This document shows, piece after piece, positions 1-6,901 of a stretch of 47,732 nt of DNA (position 1 is its first letter; every line of letters starts with the position of its first letter). Under the pieces are notes generated by a model. That model worked only from the letters and a program-made list of their open reading frames with translations. It was not told the DNA's origin and searched no databases. The stretch spans positions 1 through 47,732 of the forward strand of contig JAFGNW010000102.1 of assembly GCA_016926795.1 (NCBI GenBank). Reading direction: 5' to 3'. The position numbers were made by a program, and so were the translations under genes. This DNA is from Candidatus Zixiibacteriota bacterium (GTDB lineage Bacteria; Zixibacteria; MSB-5A5; GN15; FEB-12).

Positions 1-173
1 CTGACGGCAAAGGGATTTACGGTACTCGGTTCCAGACCGGCCGAGCGAACCGCGGCCGTGGCCTCAGTGAATCCCTGGTCCCGTAAATACTTGCGGAAAA
101 ATCCCTCAGCCATCTGAGAACGGCAGGAGTTGCCGGTGCACAGCACCAGTATTTTCATCTCGTTGTTATTCAT
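1..173 (-). CDS. LMW phosphotyrosine phosphatase / thioredoxin-type arsenate reductase (ArsC-like). Only the N-terminal ~57 codons are present because the gene runs off the left edge.
   Basis: Not in the ORF track because it is open at the window edge. Reverse-complement translation from ATG 173-171 gives [57 protein letters not shown]. It carries the CX5R P-loop CTGNSCRS of the LMW-PTP/ArsC family. An alternative start is the Met at 158-156. Confidence 0.8.
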   Translation of the reverse strand, partial: MNNNEMKILVLCTGNSCRSQMAEGFFRKYLRDQGFTEATAAVRSAGLEPSTVNPFAV

Positions 174-381
174 ACTATTAACTCATACGAATCATAAATC
201 TTAACTATTCATTTACTTTTAATCAGTGTTCTAAATAACGTTTTCAGTTCGTAAAAGTTCAGAAAACCGCAAAAAAAAATCAGACCGGACTCATCGATGG
301 AACTTTATCCGGCGGGAGGTGTTTAAAATGAAAACAAGCTATAAAGAAGACTAAATCGACCAAAGTTGTACATTAAAAATA

Positions 382-409
382 TTGACTTTTAAAACTTTAA
401 GTGTAAATT
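382..409 (+). promoter_or_regulatory. Candidate sigma70-like promoter for the HMA-domain gene
   Basis: TTGACT at 382-387, a 16-nt spacer, then TAAATT at 404-409, about 45 nt upstream of ATG 456. The motif match is by eye only. Confidence 0.3.
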
Positions 410-455
410 TACAGAGTACAAACCAAACAATGTGACAACTTAGAAGGAGTAACAG

Positions 456-1049
456 ATGAGAAAAATTTTCGTTATGGCCCTGACAGCCATGGCTCTGGTA
501 GCTTTTGTTTCAGCCCCGGTTTTCGCCCAGTGCGCCGCGAGCGGTAACAAGGAAGTAAAGACAGCTCAGAGTACTGCGGGCACCGACACCAAGCTGGTCA
601 ACTCGAAAAATATTAATGATTATGCCTATCACTGTACCACCCCTTGCGAAAGTCATGGGGATTACAAGGGCAAGTGTGCCCTGGTGGATATGTCCATCAA
701 GGGCATGACCTGCGGCGGCTGTGAAAACAGTATCAAAACCGCCCTGGAAAAAGTCCCGGGTGTCATCAAGGTGGAAAGCATCAGCTACCAGGAAGGTATG
801 GCCAGGGTCTGTCTGGACCCCGACAAGGCCAATATGGAAACCATGACCAAGGCCGTGGTTGACAACGGCTACGAAGCCCAGATTATCCCGGCGGTGGCCA
901 AGACTTCCGAAGTCGAGGGAGCGGTCAAGCCCGCCGCGGCCGGCTGCAATATGCCCTGCCCCGCCAAAGCCTCCTGTGCCTCCAAATGTGCCGGCGACAA
1001 AAAGACCGGTGACAATGCCCAGAAGATCAGCGGTGACGGCACCAAATAA
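456..1049 (+). CDS. Secreted heavy-metal-associated (HMA) domain protein, MerP/CopZ-like, with Cys-rich flanking segments
   Basis: AAGGAG RBS at 443-448. N-terminal signal peptide MRKIFVMALTAMALVAFVSAPVFAQ. HMA core GMTCGGCENSIKTALEKVPGV contains the MxCxxC metal site. There are extra Cys clusters before the domain (HCTTPCESH..KGKC) and after it (GCNMPCPAKASCASKC). Confidence 0.85.
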   Translation: MRKIFVMALTAMALVAFVSAPVFAQCAASGNKEVKTAQSTAGTDTKLVNSKNINDYAYHCTTPCESHGDYKGKCALVDMSIKGMTCGGCENSIKTALEKVPGVIKVESISYQEGMARVCLDPDKANMETMTKAVVDNGYEAQIIPAVAKTSEVEGAVKPAAAGCNMPCPAKASCASKCAGDKKTGDNAQKISGDGTK

Positions 1050-1114
1050 GGTTTAGGGGAAATTAACTGAAATACCTGACCGGCTGATGATAGACCGGTT
1101 TTAATAAATTCTTT

Positions 1115-1150
1115 AAAGGGTGGAGTTTTAAAATCTCCACCCTTTTTTTG
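1115..1150 (+). terminator. Rho-independent terminator after the HMA gene
   Basis: Stem AAAGGGTGGAG / CTCCACCCTTT with loop TTTTAAAAT, followed by a T-run at 1144-1149. Confidence 0.8.
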
Positions 1151-1224
1151 TTTGGCTTCGGATAGGGTTATTTATTATTATCTCAAAGAGGCCGTCCCGA
1201 AAAGACGATACAAAATATAAGCTT

Positions 1225-2259
1225 ATGAAAAAAAAGGACCTTCTCGAGACTTTAAATTGTTTAACAAATACCATGCAGCGTAAGTTAGTTTACATCGTCG
1301 CCTTAATCCTCCTCGCCGCCGGTACCCGCGGCGCCAAGTATGCCGGGGAGGCTTTCTCGCTGGGAGTCGGCGCCCGCGCCCTCGCCCTGGGCGGGGCGGT
1401 GACCGCCGGACCGTTCGACGGCACCACCGGTTACTGGAACCCGGCCGGGATGAACTATCTCAACGGCCGCTATATTACCGCCATGCACGCCGAGACGTTC
1501 GGCTCCCTTTTAAATCATGATTTCGTCGCTTATATTGACGCCCGTCAGAGAGACAGCTCCCTTATCAGGGCTTTCGGCTTCTATTTCTATTACCTGGGTG
1601 GGGGAGGTATCAAGATTACCCGCCTTAACGAATTCGAGCGACCTTATGTTCTGCGCGAGGAATCTCACGGTGACTTTTTATTCACCGGTTCGGTTTCGGG
1701 ACGAATTGCCTCGAAAGTCGATTTCGGCCTGACCGCAAAGATCATTTATCGCGATATCGGCACCGAGTCGGGTTACGGCCTGACGATGGACGCCGGTTTT
1801 TTATATCGGGTTCATAAATATGCCCGGCTGGGGCTGATGGTGACCGATATCACCACCGGGTTTATCCGCTATTCCGGCGGCTCGACTTTGATCGACACCG
1901 TCGGTGAAGAGTACAGCAGTGAGACCAACACCGAATCAATTTATCCGACCGTCAAGCCGGGTATCCAGATAGAATATTCTTATCTCGATTTCACCGGAAG
2001 ATTTCTGGCCAGTGGCGATATCAAGTTCGAGAATATCAAAACCGCCGCCCAGTTCTGGAGCGGACCGCTCTCGCTGGATACCCATTATGGCTGGGAGGTA
2101 GATTACAAATCGCTGGTATTCGGCCGGGCCGGATTCGATATCAGCCGGTTTACCGCCGGGGGCGGGGTGGACATTAAAAACATCACCGTCGATTTCGCCT
2201 ATATGCACCACAGCGACCTCGACGAAACCTTCCGCGTCAGCGCCGGCTACCGCTTCTGA
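1225..2259 (+). CDS. PorV/PorQ-like outer-membrane beta-barrel protein
   Basis: The N-terminal region AGEAFSLGVGARALALGGAVTAGPFDGTTGYWNPAGM matches my recollection of the PorV/PorQ family signature. Amphipathic beta-strands alternate throughout, and the C-terminus is aromatic (..SAGYRF). The true start may be Met17 at 1273, just before the hydrophobic signal segment. Confidence 0.6.
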   Translation: MKKKDLLETLNCLTNTMQRKLVYIVALILLAAGTRGAKYAGEAFSLGVGARALALGGAVTAGPFDGTTGYWNPAGMNYLNGRYITAMHAETFGSLLNHDFVAYIDARQRDSSLIRAFGFYFYYLGGGGIKITRLNEFERPYVLREESHGDFLFTGSVSGRIASKVDFGLTAKIIYRDIGTESGYGLTMDAGFLYRVHKYARLGLMVTDITTGFIRYSGGSTLIDTVGEEYSSETNTESIYPTVKPGIQIEYSYLDFTGRFLASGDIKFENIKTAAQFWSGPLSLDTHYGWEVDYKSLVFGRAGFDISRFTAGGGVDIKNITVDFAYMHHSDLDETFRVSAGYRF

Positions 2260-2399
2260 CCCTGAATTGCCCCAGTCAGAAGCGTCATTATCTGTCAAAA
2301 TTAAACAACGCTTCATCTTTGGACATTACTGCCGTTAAGAGCGGTCGTTTATAGTCGATAAACAGGATAGAATAAATCTATTTTTTATACAGGTGAAAT

Positions 2400-2774
2400 A
2401 TGCAAAAAGATGTCTACAAACAGTGCCAAAACTGCCTTACCCGGTTATCGATAGATGAAATTATCAACAGCCCCGCGATTAACCCGGTCGGAATGACTTT
2501 CAGAGAGAAAGAACCGGGGAGTGCTTGTTACCTTTTCGAGCACAACGACGATAATTGCGGCGCGACGTTTTCAGTCGATGTCAACGATTTCCTGCCTTAT
2601 ATAACCGAAGATATCCCGATTGAAAAACTTATTTATACCGATAAATGCAATGGGTACTGTTACGACCTCGATGATATCGACGAATGCCATGATGAATGTT
2701 ATTATGCGCCCTTCCGTCGCTTTCTTTTTAAAATGATAGCCCTGAAAGGCCGTCCCCGGGTAATTCAACCCTAA
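2400..2774 (+). CDS. Cys-rich small protein of unknown family, paralog 1
   Basis: 124-aa ORF with an AGGTGA RBS. Motifs are CxxC (9-12), H48..NCG, C83x3C87x8C96x3C100 and ECYYAPFRR. It aligns without gaps to the next ORF. Confidence 0.7.
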   Translation: MQKDVYKQCQNCLTRLSIDEIINSPAINPVGMTFREKEPGSACYLFEHNDDNCGATFSVDVNDFLPYITEDIPIEKLIYTDKCNGYCYDLDDIDECHDECYYAPFRRFLFKMIALKGRPRVIQP

Positions 2775-2928
2775 ATAATAAGTATCACCGGATTGAGAAG
2801 GATTTTGGATATAAATTCTTTTTTAAACTGTCACTTTCTGTCTATTTTTTACGGCTGCCTCTTAAGCTTATAATTTTTCAGGTCGATTATTTCATTATTC
2901 GTTATATAAAATAAAAGGGGGTCTTTTT

Positions 2929-3297
2929 TTGAATATCGATAAGTTCAAACAATGCCCGTCTTGTAAGAAATGGCTTTCCTCGGACGAGGTCTTAACGGAT
3001 CCCGATATTAAACCGTTGGGGATGGCCTATCTCGAGGATGAAAACAACACCGCCTATTATTATTTCCAGCATACGGTTCCAAACTGCGGGTCCTCTTTTT
3101 TGATAGAGATAAAGGATTTTAAGCCATTCTTGACCGAGGATATTCCCCAGGTCAGCCTGATGGCTTCCAAACACTGCGAGGGTCATTGTGTTGACCTGTA
3201 CGATTTGAACGTCTGTAAAAATGAATGCTATTATGCCCCTTTCCGCCGCTTAATTTTGAAACTCACCCAACTCAAAAAAGCCGTTAAGGTATTCTGA
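2929..3297 (+). CDS. Cys-rich small protein of unknown family, paralog 2
   Basis: 122-aa ORF with a TTG start at 2929, preceded by AAAAGGGGG. About 45% identical to 2400-2774 in an ungapped alignment, with the same Cys/His spacing and the shared TEDIP and ECYYAPFRR blocks. Confidence 0.7.
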   Translation: MNIDKFKQCPSCKKWLSSDEVLTDPDIKPLGMAYLEDENNTAYYYFQHTVPNCGSSFLIEIKDFKPFLTEDIPQVSLMASKHCEGHCVDLYDLNVCKNECYYAPFRRLILKLTQLKKAVKVF

Positions 3298-3318
3298 TAA
3301 ATTATCAGGCAGGGCAGT

Positions 3319-3354
3319 GGGGCGGGGTTTTCTGTGACCCCGCCTGTTTTTTTT
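3319..3354 (+). terminator. Rho-independent terminator after paralog 2
   Basis: Stem GGCGGGG (3321-3327) / CCCCGCC (3338-3344) followed by a T-run at 3347-3354. Confidence 0.8.
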
Positions 3355-3427
3355 ATCTGAAAAACCTGGAGAGCAGATTACCCGATTTACTTTATCCGGT
3401 CGGTACGAGGTTCAGATTCTTAGGGGT

Positions 3428-3471
3428 GGCAAATGTCCACAAGCGCCCCAGCATCCGGCAAATGTGGACAT
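3428..3471. repeat. 9-bp inverted repeat with an embedded direct repeat
   Basis: ATGTCCACA (3433-3441) pairs with TGTGGACAT (3463-3471) across a 21-nt loop. Both arms are preceded by GGCAAATGT (3428-3436 and 3457-3465). Confidence 0.6.
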
Positions 3472-3487
3472 CGGCCGCTCACTAATA

Positions 3488-3538
3488 AATGTTATTCCCA
3501 TCAATGTTATTCCCAGCTTGACTGGGAATCCAGGCTTA
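3488..3538. repeat. REP-like module L, copy 1
   Basis: Tandem AATGTTATTCCCA x2 (3488-3500 and 3503-3515). Hairpin ATTCCCA (3509-3515) / TGGGAAT (3523-3529). The 25-mer CAGCTTGACTGGGAATCCAGGCTTA (3514-3538) recurs identically at 3971-3995. Confidence 0.8.
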
Positions 3539-3823
3539 CAATAATTCTTCATAAAGATCTTTCCAGGAGTAATTATCCTTTTCAATTAGATCAGTCTTCC
3601 ATTTTCTGTTCCATTTCTTTAATTGTTTTTCACGATTCAAAGCTGATTGTATATCATCTTAAATTTCGTAGTAAACTACGTTGTGAACGTTATACTTTTT
3701 AGTAAAACCTTCAATTAGATTATTTTTGTGTTCATATACTCGTTTTATGAGATCTTTAGTCACTCCAATATAAAGAGTGCCATTTTTCTGGCTGGCTAAT
3801 ATATAAACATAATATTGACTCAT
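3536..3823 (-). pseudogene. GIY-YIG nuclease family gene (UPF0213/YhbQ-like) interrupted by an in-frame TAA
   Basis: The 54-codon N-terminal half runs from ATG 3823: MSQYYVYILASQKNGTLYIGVTKDLIKRVYEHKNNLIEGFTKKYNVHNVVYYEI. A TAA stop sits at 3661-3659. The same frame continues DDIQSALNREKQLKKWNRKWKTDLIEKDNYSWKDLYEELL to TAA 3538-3536, which is the expected C-terminal half (REKQLKKW block) of this family. Confidence 0.75.
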
Positions 3824-3830
3824 AATAAAC

Positions 3831-3858
3831 CTGGATCCCCGTATCCGCGGGGATGACA
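3831..3858. repeat. Hairpin module R, copy 1
   Basis: CTGGATCCCCGTATCCGCGGGGATGACA. The stem is ATCCCCG / CGGGGAT (7 bp). It lies 8 nt upstream of the GIY-YIG ATG. Translating it produces the spurious N-terminal extension SSPRIRGSR in the ORF track. Confidence 0.8.
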
Positions 3859-3970
3859 GATAATCAAAGAACATGTTAATTATAAATATAATTATATTTT
3901 AAAGTGTAAATAATCATGAGACAATCACTAATTCTTTTAAGAAATAAGATAAGTTGGATTATGTCATTCA

Positions 3971-4032
3971 CAGCTTGACTGGGAATCCAGGCTTAGAATA
4001 TGATCTGGATCCCCGCTTCCGCGGGGATGACA
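3971..4032. repeat. Modules L+R, copy 2, with no gene between them
   Basis: CAGCTTGACTGGGAATCCAGGCTTA (3971-3995, 25/25 identical to 3514-3538), then a 9-nt linker GAATATGAT, then CTGGATCCCCGCTTCCGCGGGGATGACA (4005-4032; same stem as 3831-3858 with a different loop). Confidence 0.8.
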
Positions 4033-4129
4033 AAATAAGAAATAATAAAAAACAGAAAATAGAAAAACAGAAAGAACCTCTTTTAATTTTCTTCCTCTGC
4101 TTTTCCCGACTTACTTAGGTATGGTTATC

Positions 4130-5101
4130 TCAGACCTTGTCCAGACCGTATTTGTTTTTAAAATCGGCTATCCAGTCGTCATGACGGCCGGACGATTTAA
4201 TCGCCTCTACAACCCGTTGTATCGACAGGTCCTTAATATTATCCCTATGTTTTTCCGGGACAGACTTCATAAGCAAAGGCCAGAGCCCCCTTGTTTTTTT
4301 ATAGTCACTGCTGGCTTTGATGAAAGCCGGGTTACGCTCATCTAAGAGAAGTACGAATTTCCCCCCCTGACTGAGCGCGAAGGCCACTTCGCGAAAAATT
4401 TGATAGTAATTCGCCAGCGGGCATATCGGGCCGGCTGAAAAATTTTCATCGATGAATCCCAGTTCATCGAGTTTGGATAAATAGTAATGACCGATATGGT
4501 GCAGGTAGCAGGAGGAAAAACCATCTCGGGTGGGATTGGCGCCATCACAGTCACCTCGTGAAAAGATAGAGCAGCCGCCGAAACCGCGTTCGGCCAGCTT
4601 GGCTTCGATAAAGATACCCCCTTTTTCTTCTTCTTTTTTGACGGCCAGGTCTATCGAAGTAGGTTGCCCGACATCTTCATTAAATACTGTGCGGTCTTCA
4701 TATTCAAAACAGAGTTCAACTTCCCCTTCGGGCCAGGATATCCCGATATCGTTCAGGGCGTTTTTAAGCGGCCCAATATCATTCCGGACGACCAGCGGCC
4801 CGATGAGATTGAACACCATTGCCTGACTGCTCAAACCGTGGTGCAAATACTTATGAAGGAGAAAGGGTGTCTTACCGGCGTTCTGTTCTTTCTTTCTCTC
4901 AAGATAGTCAGCCACCTCTTTACAGATAATATTTTTGGGCCAGTCACCGTTTGATTTAAGGTAGTAGGGCATTTTGGCATGGGTAGGGATGCCCTGTTTC
5001 TTGAACCATTCGGACGCGGCTGCGCGCAATTCACTTTCGAAGGTTTTGTAACGCTTGTAGGGCCAGGATTTGGCTAATTGTCTGCTGCTGGTTGTGCTCA
5101 T
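4130..5101 (-). CDS. PD-(D/E)XK superfamily nuclease (restriction-endonuclease-like), orphan
   Basis: The ORF track gives 4130-5143. The likely start is Met15 at 5101 (MSTTSSRQ..), preceded by GAAAGGGGA. The candidate catalytic core is PTSIDLAV-x9-IFIEAKLAE (D...ExK on adjacent predicted strands). No methyltransferase gene is present anywhere near it. Confidence 0.6.
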   Translation of the reverse strand: MSTTSSRQLAKSWPYKRYKTFESELRAAASEWFKKQGIPTHAKMPYYLKSNGDWPKNIICKEVADYLERKKEQNAGKTPFLLHKYLHHGLSSQAMVFNLIGPLVVRNDIGPLKNALNDIGISWPEGEVELCFEYEDRTVFNEDVGQPTSIDLAVKKEEEKGGIFIEAKLAERGFGGCSIFSRGDCDGANPTRDGFSSCYLHHIGHYYLSKLDELGFIDENFSAGPICPLANYYQIFREVAFALSQGGKFVLLLDERNPAFIKASSDYKKTRGLWPLLMKSVPEKHRDNIKDLSIQRVVEAIKSSGRHDDWIADFKNKYGLDKV

Positions 5102-5205
5102 TTGATTGTCCCCTTTCCGTATAAAGAAAATGTAAGGCAACACTCATCCAGATTGTTCTTTGGCACAAACTTGAAAGTATTGCAACTTACTATTTTACAA
5201 TCTCC

Positions 5206-5859
5206 CTACATCTCGAAATCGACTATTTCCTCGGCGTAGCCCTCGCCGGTCGGCCATTCGATTTCCACCATAAACATCCCCCGCAGTTCCCCGACCTTGA
5301 AACCGGTGGCTTTATCGTTGGGATAATACTTTCGCACGGCGTCGATTACCCCCGGCGAAAGGGTCTGCAGGCCGCCGTGGCAGTTCAAGCATATCGGCTG
5401 GGTGTAGATGGGCTTGTAATAATGATAGACCTCGGCGGTGTCGGAGCGGGTCCATTCGCCGATAAATTCCGGAGCGGTGAGGGTGTCTTTGAATTCCGCC
5501 ATGATTTCCAGCTGCCAGACGGTGGCCCGGTTGTCCAGGTTGCGGTAGCGCTCGGCCACCCGTCTTATCTTGACGCCGTTGATGGAAAATATCTGGGAGA
5601 TTTTCGGAGCCTTGATCCGGCAGACCTCGATAGCGCCTACCGAACCGCCCGTGCTCATGGCTTTCATCAGCTCTTCTTTGAGTTCCCCCGCGAAGATGAC
5701 GGTCAGTTTGTCCGCCGCCTGACGGCAGAGAATATCGTTTTCATTCTGTAGAGCTTTGGCCTGTTCAAGCTGGGAGTCGGATTCTCCCTTCTGGTCGCCG
5801 CCGCATCCGATAAAAATTACCGTAACGAAAAGCAAAACGCTAAGCGAAAATCCCTTCAT
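5206..5859 (-). CDS. DUF3365 (Tll0287-like) haem-binding domain lipoprotein
   Basis: The likely start is at 5859: MKGFSLSVLLFVTVIFIGCGG, a lipobox-type signal. The CxxCH haem motif is in YTQPICLNCHGG and the domain-typical AIEVCRIKAP is present. The 18-codon upstream extension in the ORF track is probably not translated. Confidence 0.75.
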   Translation of the reverse strand: MKGFSLSVLLFVTVIFIGCGGDQKGESDSQLEQAKALQNENDILCRQAADKLTVIFAGELKEELMKAMSTGGSVGAIEVCRIKAPKISQIFSINGVKIRRVAERYRNLDNRATVWQLEIMAEFKDTLTAPEFIGEWTRSDTAEVYHYYKPIYTQPICLNCHGGLQTLSPGVIDAVRKYYPNDKATGFKVGELRGMFMVEIEWPTGEGYAEEIVDFEM

Positions 5860-6175
5860 TAAAACACCGCTCCTTGACTTTAAAATGATGTGATATTTTC
5901 CTAAGTATAACAAAGGAACCGGGCGCCTTGCAAGTATTTAAAATGCATGAAAATAGCCCGTTCGGGTCATTTTCTAGAAACATTAAAAGTTTTTTTAGTT
6001 CAACGGTTAAGTGAAAACAATCACAAAAATTGGTTTTGTCTTTTTAGTGTGAACATGACAATAAAAATACTTATGTTGTTGTATAATAATGTATTATACG
6101 TAATATTCTATAAATTTTATCACTTTTTCAAATAACTCAATAAATGAAAAATGTACTAAAAATTCAAAAATTTGG

Positions 6176-6203
6176 TTGACTTTACCGGTTCACATCTTAT
6201 ATT
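6176..6203 (+). promoter_or_regulatory. Candidate promoter of the atp operon
   Basis: TTGACT (6176-6181), a 16-nt spacer, then TATATT (6198-6203). It lies at the end of a ~320-bp AT-rich intergenic region, 33 nt upstream of ATG 6236 (RBS GAAAGG at 6225-6230). Confidence 0.4.
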
Positions 6204-6235
6204 GGCCTCTTAATATTTAAGGTAGAAAGGGTTGT

Positions 6236-6507
6236 ATGACCCTTTTACGCGGATCATCGGATAAAAAAAAAAGGTTGATTTATCTTCCTACGGCCTGCTA
6301 GCCGCCATACCCGGTATCATTCTTGTAGCGCCTATGATAGGCTTTTTGTTCGGGTTTCTGGCTGACGGCTGGCTTGGCACAGAACCTTATCTGACGATCC
6401 TCGGAATTTTTTTGGGGTTTGGCGCCGCGGCAAGGGAAACTTATCAGATAATAAAAAAATTCCAGGCGCTCGAAGAAAAGAAAGACAAAGACGACGATGG
6501 GACTTGA
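6236..6507 (+). CDS. AtpZ/AtpI-family small membrane protein. The reading frame is split at an A10 tract.
   Basis: ATG 6236 has a good RBS and reads MTLLRGSSDKKK into A10 (6263-6272), then hits TAG at 6299. The -1 frame after the tract reads KKVDLSSYGLLAAIPGIILVAPMIGFLFGFLADGWLGTEPYLTILGIFLGFGAAARETYQIIKKFQALEEKKDKDDDGT to TGA 6505-6507. That matches the two-helix AtpZ pattern (..D.WLGT.P....G...G). The only in-frame ATG, at 6334, would cut helix 1. Confidence 0.55.
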
Positions 6508-6901
6508 CCTAATTAGCCGCACCTTGAAAACCTCGGCTATCGTCCTGCTCATATTCCTGCCTTTCGGACTGTATTATTGGGGAGTATTTCCCACTCTGGC
6601 GGTTCTTTCCGGCGCGGTGTGGGGTTTTATCAACCTGATTTTTCTGTCCCAGCTGGTCCGCACCGTGATTCGTCCTGACAAAATCGATGTTCGTAGAGCG
6701 GTCGGCTTGGGGCTTATCAAATTCCCGCTCCTCTACGGGTCGGGGTATTTTCTTTTGAAAATCGATCGGTTTGACCCGATCCATCTGTTAATCGGATTTT
6801 CCCTTTTTCTGGCCGTGATGGTTCTTAAAATGCTGGGACGGGTCATCCTGGGTTTGGATAACGATAACAAGACCAATAAAAATCTTCAGGGAGCCTTATG
6901 A
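6497..6901 (+). CDS. atpI: ATP synthase protein I-like membrane protein
   Basis: 134 aa with four hydrophobic helices. It sits immediately upstream of atpB, overlapping it by ATGA, and overlaps the atpZ-like stop by 11 nt. Confidence 0.6.
   Translation: MGLDLISRTLKTSAIVLLIFLPFGLYYWGVFPTLAVLSGAVWGFINLIFLSQLVRTVIRPDKIDVRRAVGLGLIKFPLLYGSGYFLLKIDRFDPIHLLIGFSLFLAVMVLKMLGRVILGLDNDNKTNKNLQGAL

Noticed and set aside
388-405. Dyad symmetry in the HMA promoter spacer as a MerR/ArsR-type operator.
   Set aside because: Checked base by base, only the outer 4 bp (ACTT/AAGT) pair, so it is not a convincing palindrome.
859-1056. 65-aa Pro/Arg-rich ORF overlapping the 3' part of the HMA gene.
   Set aside because: It is an alternate frame of a supported gene, is low-complexity, and has no start context.
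3659-3661. The in-frame TAA in the GIY-YIG gene as evidence of stop-codon reassignment.
   Set aside because: TAA, TAG and TGA all terminate well-defined genes of normal length elsewhere in the window, for example TAA after the HMA gene, atpE and acpP. A pseudogene or a sequence error is far more likely.
3433-3702. 89-aa plus-strand ORF in the repeat field.
   Set aside because: It is antisense to the C-terminal half of the GIY-YIG reading frame and runs through the repeat modules. There is no RBS and no motif.
3824-3874. 17-codon N-terminal extension (MFFDYLSSPRIRGSRFI) of the GIY-YIG ORF in the track.
   Set aside because: It is a translation of hairpin module R. The family normally begins at the M-x-x-Y-V-YIL motif, which here is Met 3823.
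3514-4032. Repeated modules as a possible CRISPR array.
   Set aside because: There are only two copies of each module. The spacing is irregular (about 430 bp versus 9 bp), one interval is a gene, and there are no cas genes.
5947-6135. 62-aa ORF in the AT-rich region upstream of the atp operon.
   Set aside because: The composition is extremely AT-rich and dominated by Phe/Leu/Asn/Lys. There is no RBS, and it lies in what looks like the promoter region.
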